From Orbicella franksi (lineage: Eukaryota), in NCBI GenBank assembly GCA_964199315.1, contig OZ116699.1, forward strand, positions 32,674,001 through 32,738,000: a stretch of 64,000 nucleotides of DNA. The letters run 5' to 3'. Of the stretch, positions 24,184 to 37,900 are shown in pieces (position 1 is the stretch's first letter; every line of letters begins with the position of its first letter). The notes under the pieces are model-generated. The model searched no databases. It was not told the DNA's origin and was given only the letters and a program-made list of their open reading frames with translations. A program made the position numbers and the translations under genes.

Positions 24184-27100
24184 GACACTGATTGACAGCT
24201 GCTATTTACACAACATTCTCTTCCATTTGTAAATGTAACAGCTATGTAACCATTCTGCAAAAGGAAGACAAATTGCAAATGGGAATGAGTATAATAACAT
24301 GACAAACTGTATCATGATGAAATGGGCCATATGGTTCCCTAAGTAGTCCATATTAAACACCCTTGATCTATGCATAAGACATAACTTACAGTAAAAGCAA
24401 ATACTCTTCTGTCATTCAGAGGTCACATTATGTGCCAAATAGATAGATGGTATTTTCCAAAAATTATGCAATTGACCCAACTACAGATCTATACCTCTTT
24501 AAAATTCACTGACTTGCAAGACACCCTTTGCGAGAGAAAATAACAATATTCTGACAGCTGACTGTAAAACTGTCATGATTACAAGTAACCTACATGTAAT
24601 CTGTTTCTTACTTCCATGCAAAACTTTATTGAGCAATTGACAGGCTAAAAGACTGCAAACATTTGTAACTGATACTTCAGTACATCAAACTAGAGTGGGT
24701 GCAGTGCACACTTATCATCCAGCACTAATATATTGTCATTAGAGCAGTATTATATTGCTGGGTATTCTAATTATAGTGTAATCATGTTGACTACATTATT
24801 GACAGTAGCAATTAAGTCAAGCTGTCTTAATGAGCTGATAGCTGACGACTATCAAGCCTTACAGTACAAGGGCAACAGTACTAGTTTCATGATGGAGTGG
24901 ACAAAAACTAAGAAGCAAGTGGTCAAGTTTTTCTCTTTGAGTGTTATATGCTAAAAGAATAATTACTTGCCCCTGATGGCACATATTAGGTTTGAAAATT
25001 TCAGATTGCATTTCTTGTTGCTCAAAACAAGTAAAGCCCCTTATATGGATCTATCTCTTCACTTGTTGTCTGTTTGTTAGTTTGCTGAGTGAGCTCAAAA
25101 AACGTATGCCAAAAAGGATTTTTAAACACAAACATTTGCAGAAACAGTTTTTACTTAACCATTTTTACAATTAACCTTAGTTAGTATTATTTTTAATCTT
25201 AGTTCTAGGTTTAAACCTTAGCTGTTAAGTCTTACATTTTTAGCTTTCATTAATATACTGTATTTTAGACTTTTAATATATAATTTTTAGACTTTTAGTT
25301 TTTTAGAGGACCCTCCTTAAAACCACCACCAGATGCACGTGATTAGAGGCCTCCTCTTAAAATATTTTAATACTTCATAATAATAATAATAATAAATGGA
25401 AATTTATTATTGATAGTATCTTTTGACATAAAATATACATGAACATTTACATGCATTAGTCATTGCCCCTGTTCAGGTTGTTCAAAGCACGATTAAGCTA
25501 ATCCAGGATTAGAATAAATTTTTATTTCAATTTTTGTAACATTTCAGTGAAGTTTTCTGTTTAAATTTTTTGTCCTTCAGTTTTGGCTTTGAACAACGAC
25601 AAACTCCAACAAACATGGACAGTGAAAACACTTTTATTTAAGAGAAATTAGAACTTTGATTAACTTTTAAACCTGGATTAGCGTTAACTGGCTTTCAAGT
25701 CAGAGCTTATCTTTCATTATTTAGAAAGATAGGTAAAATTTGGAGAGGATTTGTTTCTGTGCCTGCACCAAACACCACTGATCATGATGATCAGGCCCAG
25801 TTATTGGGTGCCATGAGTGCATCCTGTGGGAGGCATGGTGGCCTCACCATATTCGGTTACATTATAGGGGCATGCAATCAATTATTCTTACTAAACGCAG
25901 GAGAATTGTGGTTATGCGCAAATGGAAGATTTAGGATGCACAGTGACGTGGTATGGCGCAAGGAGTTGTGGTTATACGCGAATGGAAGATTTAGGATGTG
26001 CAGAGGAAAATGCGTGACTGGACGATTTAACATGCGCAGTGGACTTCCATGTGCTTTCTTGGTACTGTTTTAGGAAAGCAAGAAGAGGGTGAGTTCTTAA
26101 ATGTGTGAATTGCTCTTTTTTTCACTTCTTGCTGGTTTTTGTACGCTACTTTTATCCTTCAGATCCTTATTAACTTTACTTACAATACTTTGTGATAAAC
26201 AAGTATGTCCAATTCTAATATATATTCAGTTATATTCACTGTTGCTATCATGCAACAGGGATATGAACTTTGAAAGGCTGTTAGGCTGAAGGGTTTTCAA
26301 AAAATCCCATTGCAATCCCCTTAAATCTTCTTCAATTTTGCCCATTCTTGCTTTCTTTTATTTAATGAGTTATTTAAGCCATCCTTCGATGTTTTAAGTG
26401 GTTATTTTCTGTTTCACTTAATTTGGTGGTCAGCTCTCAGTTACTGACTTTGATGATCTTGAAGTGTGTTACAAACATCACTGTTGCTCTAGCTAGGTTG
26501 CATATACCATTTATTACACTGAAAATTGGGTTTTTTGGTTACTTTTATAAGGGAAATGATTGTTTCATTTTATCTTATTTCAGATTGAATCCAATTGAGA
26601 GATTGTTCTATAACATCAAGAATTTGTATTGAAGAGAAATTGCCTAAGTTTGTACTCTACACTCTACCCTGCACTGCACAATATAGCTTAACAAACATTG
26701 CCACTTGGTGAAAGACAGTTAACTGTTTTGCAGGGTACATGATGATGTCACCGCAATGTTAAATTTGTATTATAGATAGTTTATAGTAGACTTAATTTAC
26801 ACCATATTTGAGTTATTTTTTTGTAAAAAAATACCTCTTAGTCGGCGTGTCGGGTATGTTATGGACGGGTCAATGGATATGTGAGTGAGTGAGTGAGAGA
26901 TGTATGTATGTCACACCAATCAGATTGGATCTACTATAAACAGCCAATAAAATTTCTTATTGTAAAGGTAAATCATATATGAGAAGATCTGATTCCGACA
27001 CAGTTAAGAACGGCCATATTTATTCTTATATAAAAGAGGAGGAAGTATTCATATATTTGGCTTAATTACTTCGACATTTTTTCTGGGTTAGGCTGAGGAT

Positions 27101-27446
27101 TTTAGTTTCGAATGAGATGAGCCTTGAGGTTTGAAACAGTTTGTGAGTTAGTAGTATGCAAATGCAACAAGATATTTTATTTTTAGTTACAAAGGTAACT
27201 TGATACTTTTGTTCTTCACGAGGAGTACATGTAAATTCGATTAGAGCTCACAAATCGTTGCTTCTAGTTCTTAGGACATGTTTTAGAGGAGACGAGACTA
27301 TTTAGATTTGAAACAGTTCTAATGTTTACAATAGTAAGTGCAGATGACAATTGTTTTGTTCTTGTTACATGTAAATGTAACGAGATATAATTTATTTTTT
27401 AGTTACAAAGGGTAATTTTACACTCTTGTTTTTCACAAGGGATTAA

Positions 27447-28889
27447 GGTTACAGTATACCTTCAGGTCGGCAATTTTCTTCAAATTTGGATTTTTGGGTC
27501 AAAGTAGTGGTCGAAGAATAAGGCTAAATATAAGCGGAGAAATGGCGGTTTTACATTTTCGCCGGAAGTAAAAATTTACCTCTTGATTGACAGCTCTATG
27601 GTGCGTATGCAATCAACCGAGATGTATTCGCGGGAATTGCCTGTATGGATGTAACGAATTGACTACTCAGTTGATCAGCATTGTTGTTCTGACTACCCAG
27701 CATTTTTGGTATTAGGTGTAACTCTATTAAGTCATAAGTAGACATAGACCACGTTGAAGCCATGGACCAGTTTGAAAAAGCGAAAACAGCGAAGAACGAA
27801 TGAAAATACATCAAGGAGTGAAGAAGCGAAAGTTCGCCACGAGAATGAAGCTATAGCTATCGTATAAGGCGGGAAAAATATTCATGGTAAGAGAAAAGAA
27901 AGGTTCTGTAAAAATTTCGGAACTTGACAGCAATAACAGGGATGTTGACAGAGACTCTTCTGATGAGTACGATATTGACGAATCGCCGGACTCATTGAGA
28001 CCATTTGAAATATTATCCATGCACAGTTGACCACACACAGTTGCTCCCCGCGCTTTCTTTTGTTTGTTTTCCTCGCTCAGCCACTCTAGCGTTCGTATTC
28101 TTTTTAGTCTTCCCCATTTTGCCAGACCACTGAGCTTCAAGAAAAACCGAGCTACAGAAAAATTACCTCTCCGCCTTCGGTTCCTTGAGCGCATTGCGAA
28201 ACACAAGAGTTTTTTAGAGATTCCCGCGTAAATTTCACCAGGAGGTTAACGGTAGTAAACTTCCCCTGCACTGATTGGCTCAGTTATCTGAGAACCCAGT
28301 TGAAGGCGTTTGTGGGCGGAGTTTGTTTGCGAAGCAGAAAATTTTTCTTAGCGCTGTTTTCTCGAATAAATTTTTTCACTTGAAGCAGACACTTTAAAGA
28401 GTTCTAACTCAAAGGGAATTTGTTCAATTGCCCTCAAATTTGGACAGTAGCTAGCTTAACATATAAACTAAAAAAGTGTGTCTGGGAATTGTTAATTTCG
28501 AAATACCTTTTCTTCGAGAGCGATTTTTGTACGATTACTCCACATTTTTTTAATCCTATTTCGAAAATGTTCTGTAACTTTTTACCGCAATTGAATATGC
28601 CAAAATGCAGACACGTTTTTAAAGCGCTTTGGGCCCTGAAGCTGAGGAAAAAATTACATTGGTGAAAAACAAAATTCGCTTTGACTTGTAGCTTTCAAAA
28701 GGTGATTCGGTCGCTCTCATTTAGTGGTCGTGAAAAATTCGACAATTCATTTTATTTCACAATTCTTGGTATAGTTTGATAGCCAGCTCTATAAGCTTTA
28801 ATTTGATATAGGGGTTTAGGTATCTAAAGCTTAAACTGCACGCGCTACATCGCTCTCACGCGAGACACCCCTGAAGGTATACTGTAACC
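27447..28889. mobile_element. 1443-bp non-autonomous Kolobok-like DNA transposon
   Basis: Perfect 20-bp TIRs GGTTACAGTATACCTTCAGG (27447-27466 and 28870-28889) with TTAA on both sides (27443-27446, 28890-28893). GG...CC termini. No intact transposase ORF. Confidence 0.9.
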
Positions 28890-29761
28890 TTAAATTCAAG
28901 TAGCGCTGACGAATCGTCACCACTCTTTCCCACAAGATGTTTGGTATCTTTAGTTACAAATGAAAACTTAACACTTTTGTTTTTCATATGGGAGTAGATT
29001 CAATTAGAGCAGACAAGTTATCGGCTATTGTTCCCAGGATATTAAACAAAAAAGAATCTTTCATTTCTGGACGGTTTTTACGTCTCTGCAGTAGCAGTTT
29101 ATTTTTATTTGATGGGCATTTTATGACATTCTTTTCAGCCCGATATTTTTAAAGGTAAAAAGTATCAAAACTGCTCAAATGTTCTTTGAAGACTGCGTGG
29201 CACCAAGTTAAAGTGCAGTTTAATTAAATCAGACTTTTAATGTGTCAGAGAGGGTTTTTTTCTCTTTCCTTCTATTTTCGGTGAAGTAGTGTTGTTGTGT
29301 TGTGTTGTGTAAAAAGGGTAAACTTACGACTCCTATAAAATGCGAAAAGGTCTCTTAACTTGAGTATTTTTGAGCAAAAATTCCTCTTGGGGGTTGAAAG
29401 GGCTATGTGATTGGTGAGTGAGGGAGTTATGCATGTGCACATGTCACACCAATCACAGTGTGGATTTTATCAAAGAACGAATCAAAGAAAAAAAATAAGA
29501 TGGTATCTACATTAATCTGGAGACGTGTCAGATTACTGTAGTTTGTTCAGTCAAACATTTTATGGCTTACTATTTAGCTATCTTAACATGACCGATGTAA
29601 CATTGTATGTACATCATAAATTCCTAGTTTCTTTCTTGCTGTACATTGCAACCAATAAAACTTTTCAAATTAACCAAATCATTACTATAAACAGCTCCAT
29701 GAATGCTCCTACCTCCGACACTTCACAAAAAAAAAATAACTCTTGCATGCTTTGCATGCCT

Positions 29762-30330
29762 ATGTTTTATAGTTGCTGTTGAAGAGGAATCTGATTTTTA
29801 TAGTCTATATTATATCAACAACAAAATGTTGCTAGTAGAATGTATAAAGTTTGTGATAAAAATAAATAACTCTTTGGCAGGGTACATGATGTCACTGCAA
29901 TGTCAAATTCATAATGATAGTTTATAGTTGATTTTACAACATATTTTATAGTTGCTGTTGAAGACACATCTGATTTTTATAGTCTATATTATTTCAAAAG
30001 TAAAATGTTGCTGTTGGACGTATAAAGTTTGTGATAAAAATTAACTGTTTAGCAGGGTACATCATGTTACTGAAATGTCAAATTCATAATGATAGTTTAT
30101 AGTTGATTTTACAATGTATTTTATAGTTGCTGTTGGAGAGAAATTTGATTTTTATTGTATATAATTATTGTTTCAACAGCAAAATGTTGCTGTTAGAACA
30201 TATAAAGTTTGTGATAAAAAATGTCACTGCAATGTCAAATTCATAATGAGAGTTTATAGTTGATTTCACAACATTGATAGTTGCTGTTCAAGAGGCATCT
30301 GATTTTTCAACAGCGAAATGTTGCTGTCAC
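29762..30330. repeat. ~178-bp tandem repeat, about 3.5 units; related fragment near 26720-26790
   Basis: ATAGTTGCTGTT..AGA...CTGATTTTT...AAAATGTTGCT...ATAAAGTTTGTGATAAAAA...TGCAATGTCAAATTCATAATGA recurs near 29765, 29945, 30120 and 30277. Confidence 0.85.
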
Positions 30331-31602
30331 AGAGTTTATAGTTTACTAAATGTTTATTTTATAGTTTTACTAAAGAGTTTTTTCAGAAGTGTCCATTGCA
30401 CAATGTTGATGCTTAGGGACCGTTCATTTTCAATGTATTAGAGGGGGGCATGCCAATAAATTTGCCTTCAAAGGGGGGATCATGCAAAAAACATTTGCCG
30501 TGAAAGTGCGGCACACAAAATAACTTGTTTACAAAATGTCCATTTTAAAGATATATTAAAGAGAGGAAAGCGTGGGCTGGTGATATTTGACAGGGGGCCG
30601 TGCCAAACAGTTGGCTTTAAAGGGGGACCCATGCAAAAACATTTGCACTGTAATGGGAGAGGGGTTACTAAAATATCCCCTCCTTTATGTACTGAACAGC
30701 ATCAAGTTCAGCTAAATGAGTGTTTTGTAATTGCCATCATCATTATTATTTTTTTTCTTCTTTGGGGGGAGGGGGAGGGGGGTGTAATATCAAATATTTA
30801 TGAACACTAAAAGAGCCAGGGAGAAATTCCGGTGAAGAGAAGGGCTCTTGTATTTTGCACGCACTATCTATTAAATCCCACCAAGCACCCTACCCCATAA
30901 AAATTTAACTTGATTTCCCTTCATAACGATTCACATATGGCTTCTTGTAGAAATCAATTCTTCACCGTTCCAAGCAGATGACATAGTACAGTTCATAAGG
31001 TTACTGTTAGCATATTTAATATCGTCCTCCCCTTCGGCAGCATTATTACCATTTAGGTATACTAGGATCCCATATTAAGTAGCTTATCCACAATGGGGTA
31101 CATTCCCAGCCAAGAGATTCTTATCACCTTGGTTCCAGCAGGTCTCATTTTCGTAACGAAAACATTTGCGGCTTTTGCTTGTCTATTGAACGTTTTTTAG
31201 TTATTTCTCGATATCTTCCCCCATGACTAGTTGAGAATTTCATTGGAAAGCATGTTTAAACTTCCCGCTGCATACATCCATCTGGCGAACCAAAGACGAG
31301 TTGCTCAGGCATTGGAAGAAGCAGGCAACTCTACACTGAGTTGGACCCCGCATTAACGGATGATTGAACACCTTCCCAGGGAAGATGGCTATCAGACAAT
31401 AATTATTTCGCAGAGTCGTATCAGACAGATTGATATTGAAGGATAGAATTTAAGCTTAGAACTCTTTGCATGACCTTGCTGCAAATATGTATCGCGTGAT
31501 GTTTAGCTTCAAATTATGGACAATTGACCTGTGTCCGAACGGTAATTAGAGTCAAATGAAATGAAATGGCTCTGTACGCATAATATAGATCTGCTTACTC
31601 AC

Positions 31603-31912
31603 CTTCTTCTTTGTAACAGAGAAATATCAGTGCATGATTAGGAAAAACGATGTCACCTATCAGCTTGGAATCGTTTGACCTCTTCCAAGTCCAGCACACC
31701 GTATCGTGCGTGGATCTCTCGGGTAAACAACATTTAATAAGAGAATGTTTATAATTGGTTAATTTGTCATCCAATCAAAAAGCGTGTTATATGCAGCAAA
31801 TGACGTCGTTTTTCGTTTTCAATATGGCCGCCATTGCTTCCTGGAGAAAAATACTTTGAAAGTTAGTTGTCGTCAAAATGTTGAATTAGTCAGGCCTCTA
31901 TGATAAGCCGTC
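31603..31912. promoter_or_regulatory. USP8 promoter/5' UTR, probably bidirectional
   Basis: CCAAT (~31771), TGACGTC CRE-like (31801) and GCCGCCATT YY1-like (~31827) motifs upstream of the USP8 ATG. A strong minus-strand donor AAG|GTGAGTAAG lies at 31602. Confidence 0.5.
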
Positions 31913-34900
31913 ATGCCTTCGTCAGACAAGAATAAACTAAAGGACCTGCACTTGGCTTCTTGTTTAGGAGACCTGAACAAACTAGCCGATCCTGGCCTTA
32001 CTGCTGACAGAAATGCTAATCCCTCAGCGTAAGTTGTGTTTTGTTGTCAGTGCTGTAGCAGTTATCAGGCCAGTATATTAACTCTATCATCATTTTTCCG
32101 TGTTCTGTGAAGTCACATTTCCTGCATTTTAAGAATCTTTTAGATTAAAGTAAGTGAGAACTAAAATCACGAGCTACAACAAAAAAGTTGCATTGCTGAC
32201 ATCGAAAACAAAGTAATATGTCCTTACATGAATAATAATTTCCATTTCTCAGGCTAGAAAATAGTACAATCTTCGGTTAGATCACATTAAATAAGTTTAC
32301 AACAGTCTTTAAGCCAACTGCGTGCACCATGTCATGCATGTTTATAGACTTGCCTGCGGTGAAAAATTAGATTAAAGGGCCATTGTCGCGATAAAACGTT
32401 TACAAAAGTAAACTAGGAGAAATATCCCAATGAAAGTGCTTTAATCTTCGCATTAGACTAAAAAGATCCCCAGGACTTGGAATTTGAAATTGCAGCAGAC
32501 CATATCCCATCAGAGTTCCTGCACGCTGACATCAGAGTGTGGAGTCGGAGACACCTAGTTTTCGTCAGCGATCAGCAGTCCAAGTTCCTTGCCCGTTCAA
32601 AGTCTTGGTACATCAATGTCACATTTATTAGATGTGCCGTGGAGTAACTCGTTGGTAAACGAAGATTCAAAACAGACCAAGCATTCGTTAACTTCGAATT
32701 TTCGGAAAAATCTATTGAGAATAAAAGTTTAATAGCTTAGTTTGCCTCTCGAACGAAGTGACTATTCTTTGGAACAAAGTGACTATTTGGTGGAACGAAG
32801 TGACTTTGATGGAACGAAGTGACCATGGAACGAATTGACCGTAAACCTGATTGGGTTTGATTGACACAATTTTTTTAACCAATAGGCATTTTAATACTAT
32901 CATGCAAACCATGAATTTGCCGCAGATCAGCGTGGAGTTTCATGTGCGTTTTGGTAATCTCTTTATCCGCCAGCTTTTGGCCTTTTTTTGTAAAGAATAT
33001 TTATCATCTTTATGTTGTGTGAAGGCCATGTCTGTTGAATACAAGCACATACACTTTACTTTCTTTCAACTTGCATTCACATCTGCAGCTATATAAAGTT
33101 TCCGATATTCATCCTCCCATCTTTTGTTCCTTTTTCTTTTCTATTTTTCTCTCCAACAAGACGGCTACAGGGGGAAAGTAGCTTTCGTCTTTAGCTGGCT
33201 CGAAAATCTCCTCTTGAGGACATTGTATTTCTCGACAGTATTCAACTCAAAACACATTATGCCGTTTAAATCTTTCATACATTACTAAGGAGTTCTTCAA
33301 TATATCGGTATTACCCTTTTCACATGCCTCACAAGGTCGATGGAGAAGGATTTTTCACACAAAATATATCATTGAACTTTGAAAACTTTTCCGTCAGATA
33401 AGAAATCAAATTGCCACACGTCCCTTAGAGTGTCAGTTATGCCCTTTAAGAATGAATCCAAGGATATGACAGTCAACAGTTTAAGGATTTCGTGGTGTAG
33501 CTCATTTAGTTATCTCTTATGCTTATTGTTCAATGAAGAGTTAGTCACAGACAGGGTTATAGCAGGAGCACATTCTGGTACTGTTCTTGATTTGTAAATT
33601 TTTCAGATTACATGGTAGAATGGCTTCATCATGACGATGTATCATACAGTATTTCCTCAAATAATAGCCACCTCTTGATTAGGTGTGAAGTTGTTCAGCC
33701 CCAAAGTTGATTTGCCCCTAACTGTTTAGCCTTCAACCAGAAGTTGACAACACTGTCTATTTCCCTTTTTTTAAGTGTGAATACAACAGTGAATGGTTGG
33801 GGGCTCACCAGCTAGGGGCTAAACAACATGTACAGTGTACATTTCTTGATTAATCCCCACTCAAAATAATTGTCCCCCTTCAAGGGGATTATTTGAAATG
33901 ATCCCCTCCCTCGAGTAATGCCTCTCACCCACTGACTCTCTTTGAATAAATTGCCCCTCACTCCAGTGTTTCTGCCAGAACGCACCATTGCGGCAATCCC
34001 GCATTACAATCAGAGATGGCCCCCAGAAAAATGAAAAAAGGGCCAATTTGACCCTTTCCTTTTACAAGACTCAGGCTTAACACAGGCATAATAATTAAAA
34101 AGCCATCCCAGGGCTCGAAATTGTGATCGATATGGTCGCCAATGCAACTAACATTTCATCCTTGACGACCAAAAATTCTGGTTTAGTCGCCATGATGGTG
34201 GCTAAATTTCTCTGTGTTGATGATTAATAATGGTTATTTTGTCACACATTATGTCCTTCTAGAAAATCGTATTGAAAGATCTTTGCTTCTAAAACATTCA
34301 ACATAAGAAAAGAAGTCAATTCATCCTTTTGCTTTGCTGTATTGATTCTCTCACATCGGAAAACTTCCAAATAGCTGACCTTGTTTGAAATCGCCCTATA
34401 ATGCATTGCAAACCCTTGACCATTGACTACATCATGTATGTATACATTCTCTTGTAATGCAGGGATCCTTCCTACTAGTGTCTGAAACTTAATTGAGTAG
34501 AAACACTTAGGGAAGCACTTACTATTAAATTTTATCATAGATCCTAACAAACTGCTTTATTTTCCTTGGTACCCTGATAGATTTTTTCCTTCTGTAACTT
34601 TCAATTTATTGGCCCCTTTCCTACAAAATTGGCCCCTAAAAAGGATCTTCAGGGGCCACTTTGGCCCTCAAGTAAAATTCTCTGGCTGAAACACTGCCTC
34701 ACCCTTCTATTCCTTACCATGTCCTTTGGTAATCAACCCTTCTCTCCCTACATCTCCCCTTTCATTCTCCTTCCCCCCCCCCCCCAGTAAATTAGGCATT
34801 TACTCCTTGAATATCCAATGGGATAACATTCAAGCTTTGATTTAATCATTACATACAACAGATAGTTTACAAAAGCACAGGTTTTGTGACAGTTTTTTGT

Positions 34901-37900
34901 TGTTGTTATAACATGCTTTTTATGCTTTTTCCTTTATTGCGTTGAGCTTTGCTATGGGTATAGGTGACTCCTTTAAAGCAATATTGAAAGAATCGTCCCC
35001 CTGGCTTAATCACTCCCCTCCTCAAGTAATTATCCCCTTTTGGTGCAAAAAAGGGGTAATACCCCCTGCTATTATTCAAAGAAATATGGTATGTTAAACA
35101 TCTTAAATTTTATTATTCAGTGATCTTTGATTATGCATACATAAGTTAATACTTATTAATAATTACAATAATAACACTTAATTTACATAGTGCCAAAATC
35201 CAAAAGTCCAATGTGCAGCACCAGAAAATATCCATACTCCTCCCACAGAGGGGATTGGAATTTCCTGGGGGGCAGGGGGTTCTCTAAGACCAAAAAATTT
35301 AAAGGACTGTAGCAAGTTTAGTTGGAATTTCCAGAGGGGTGGGAGGGTCTTGGAAAAAATCCCTTCTGTCGGGGAGGTATGGATATTCTCTGAAACTACA
35401 CAATAGTGCTCTAGAAAAAGTAACAAGGAAGATAAGCAATATACAATCATATCACGATAGGAAAATATCTAAAATTAGATAACAAAACAAAAAGGTTAGT
35501 TTTCATTAGTATGCACATTCAAAACAGTATAAAGAAGTTTAGCGTTTAGTGGTTACGTGTACAATTCAATATGCTTATAATCTGACTAAGCACTAATCTT
35601 ATCTTTGTAGATACATCAAGTCAGCCGATAAAGTTTACTTGAAAGCTCAGAGTCATGACCTGGAAGGTGATGAAGAGCATGCGTATGCCATGTACATGCG
35701 CTTTTTTAATATCATCTCCTTGATTAAAAAGACCAAGAAATACTCTGACAACAAGGTGAGTGCACTGGCATTATTTCAGATCTGCTTCTCTAGGGGAATG
35801 CGAGGTTTCAGAAAATATTGATACCCACCACAAGGAAGATGATTGGAGATTCTGAGCTAAAGGAGAGGTTTCAAAAGCAAGAGCTTTTAAAAGGAAAGCA
35901 AGTTGCATGAAGCTAACAAAACTCAAATTTCAAGATTACAGGTGCTAGGGTCTAAACTAATTGTTCTCTAGCCATAAGATCAATCTGAAAGTACTCCTGG
36001 CCAAGAAACACAATGCCCTCAGCCTCCTCACATGCTTAGTTGTACCTCCTCTAAATGCATGTAGATATATGGCAACAGTTGGTTTTGCTACCTGTCAAGT
36101 TCGCTACATGCAGATGTTTGCTACACACAACTTCCAGTTCGTTACCCATTTAATTTGTGTTCACTACTATCGATAAACTTTTAAGCTTCCTGAAATTAAA
36201 CTGTATCAGTGAAAATCAATCCAACCACATGCTTCTAGCTGATGCTTCTAAATAATTATAGAGACCTACATGTAAGATGTAACATGCGTGATGATTATGT
36301 TCTTTTATACACTGCCAAGCCAAACTCCGTTAGCTTAGGTAGCAAACTTGGCCTGTGAGTAGCGAACATGTAGCAAACTTGAGTGTAGCAAACTTGAATG
36401 TAGCAAACTCAAAAGGTAGCAAAACCAGCCTAAATCTAGATTCATCCCAAATACTTCCACAGTGATATTCAACTCTACAGACATTGTAGGGAACTGTAGA
36501 CTGTAGATCATTGAGCAGTAAATGGGAAAATGTGCATTTGTTGGTATTTAGATATGAAACAAAAAAACAGGTAATATTGTTTTAATATGTAACCCCAGTA
36601 AAGGCAGTATCCTATATACCACACTTTTCTTTGCCTACAAGTATGTAATATATATTGTAGAATTTGTAAAATTGGTATTTTCTTAATTGTAGAACTACTT
36701 TGACAATTTAATGGGGAAATCAAAAATCATCAAGTCTATAAACCGAGCAGAAGCACTGCAAAAAAGTCTCGATAAAAGGTTGGTTTCTTTGATTTTTTTC
36801 AATTCTCATGCTGCATGCCTGCACCTTGGTAGAGGAAGGAGGGGGCCAAACCCCACCTTTTTGATCTTGGTAGGCTCTATAAATTGTTTATAGAATGATG
36901 TTGGTGTACCAAACCAATCCTGTGGGAGCTGAACTCTTTTCTTATGTAAACACTTTCTTTTTTTTTACAATAAATTTGTATGGCTGCTGGTCACATGAGT
37001 GACAATGCTCTACGAAACATTCAGTCCAGTGATATTATTTTTCAATCTGGGTGGACCTTCCCTTTAGAACTCCAGGCCCACACATTTTACATACTCGGGC
37101 ACTTTTTATATGGATGCACCACTGCACCAGGGACATTTTGTAGTGCAAAATGACCTGCGAAGGCGTCAGCTAGGTAATTTATAATTCCTCCAGGATTTTT
37201 TATGTAACTATATGGTATCACTTTGTCAAGGGCAAACAATGGATCCAACAGTTAAAATAATGTATCATGATTAAGTTAAGTGAAATGTTGAACTCAAAAC
37301 AGTTAATGAATTGTTCATTTGACTGTGTAAAGGTACATTTGTTCAATCCAAGTACACCCTGTAAAACGTAATTACTGTGATTGTGCTGTTATCTGTGTTG
37401 AGGGCCTACAATATGTTTGTTCAGGTATGAAAAGCTTAGAGCTCAAAAAGAAGCTGACAAAAAAGCACAGGAAGAAGCAAAACGAAAAGAAGAGGAAGAC
37501 AAGAGTAACATGTTTTTTAGTTATTTATTAATAAAAGTATTTATAAAATAATGCAGTAAGAATTATTTATTGGACCTTCTGTTTGTCAGTAGGTAAACAT
37601 TTCACACTGTACTTGTTGTATTGCACGTTAAAATTGTCACATTTCTTTTGCCATTTCAAAATTATTCTGGAGTCATCCATGTACAAATTTATAACAAAAT
37701 GAATTTGAAATGAGTTACAAATAAACTCAATTGGAGGATAATTGTCAATTTCTGCAGAGTAAAACAAGGGACTCCTAAGAAGCAAATTTGACTATGCTAT
37801 CAATGAATTTCAAATCTCAGAAAATGTGTTCTCACTTGTACTCACACACTACATGTGTATGGTACTTGGGTACTTAAAGTTCCCAGTGTCTGAATGCAAC

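Noticed and set aside
27811-28206. 131-aa ORF inside the TTAA element as a possible transposase or cargo gene
   Set aside because: No DDE, THAP or zinc-finger motif is visible; low complexity; at most a decayed relic.
34242-34550. 102-aa ORF as a functional hAT transposase
   Set aside because: Too short, with only faint resemblance to an hAT C-terminal region, inside a 733-bp non-autonomous element.
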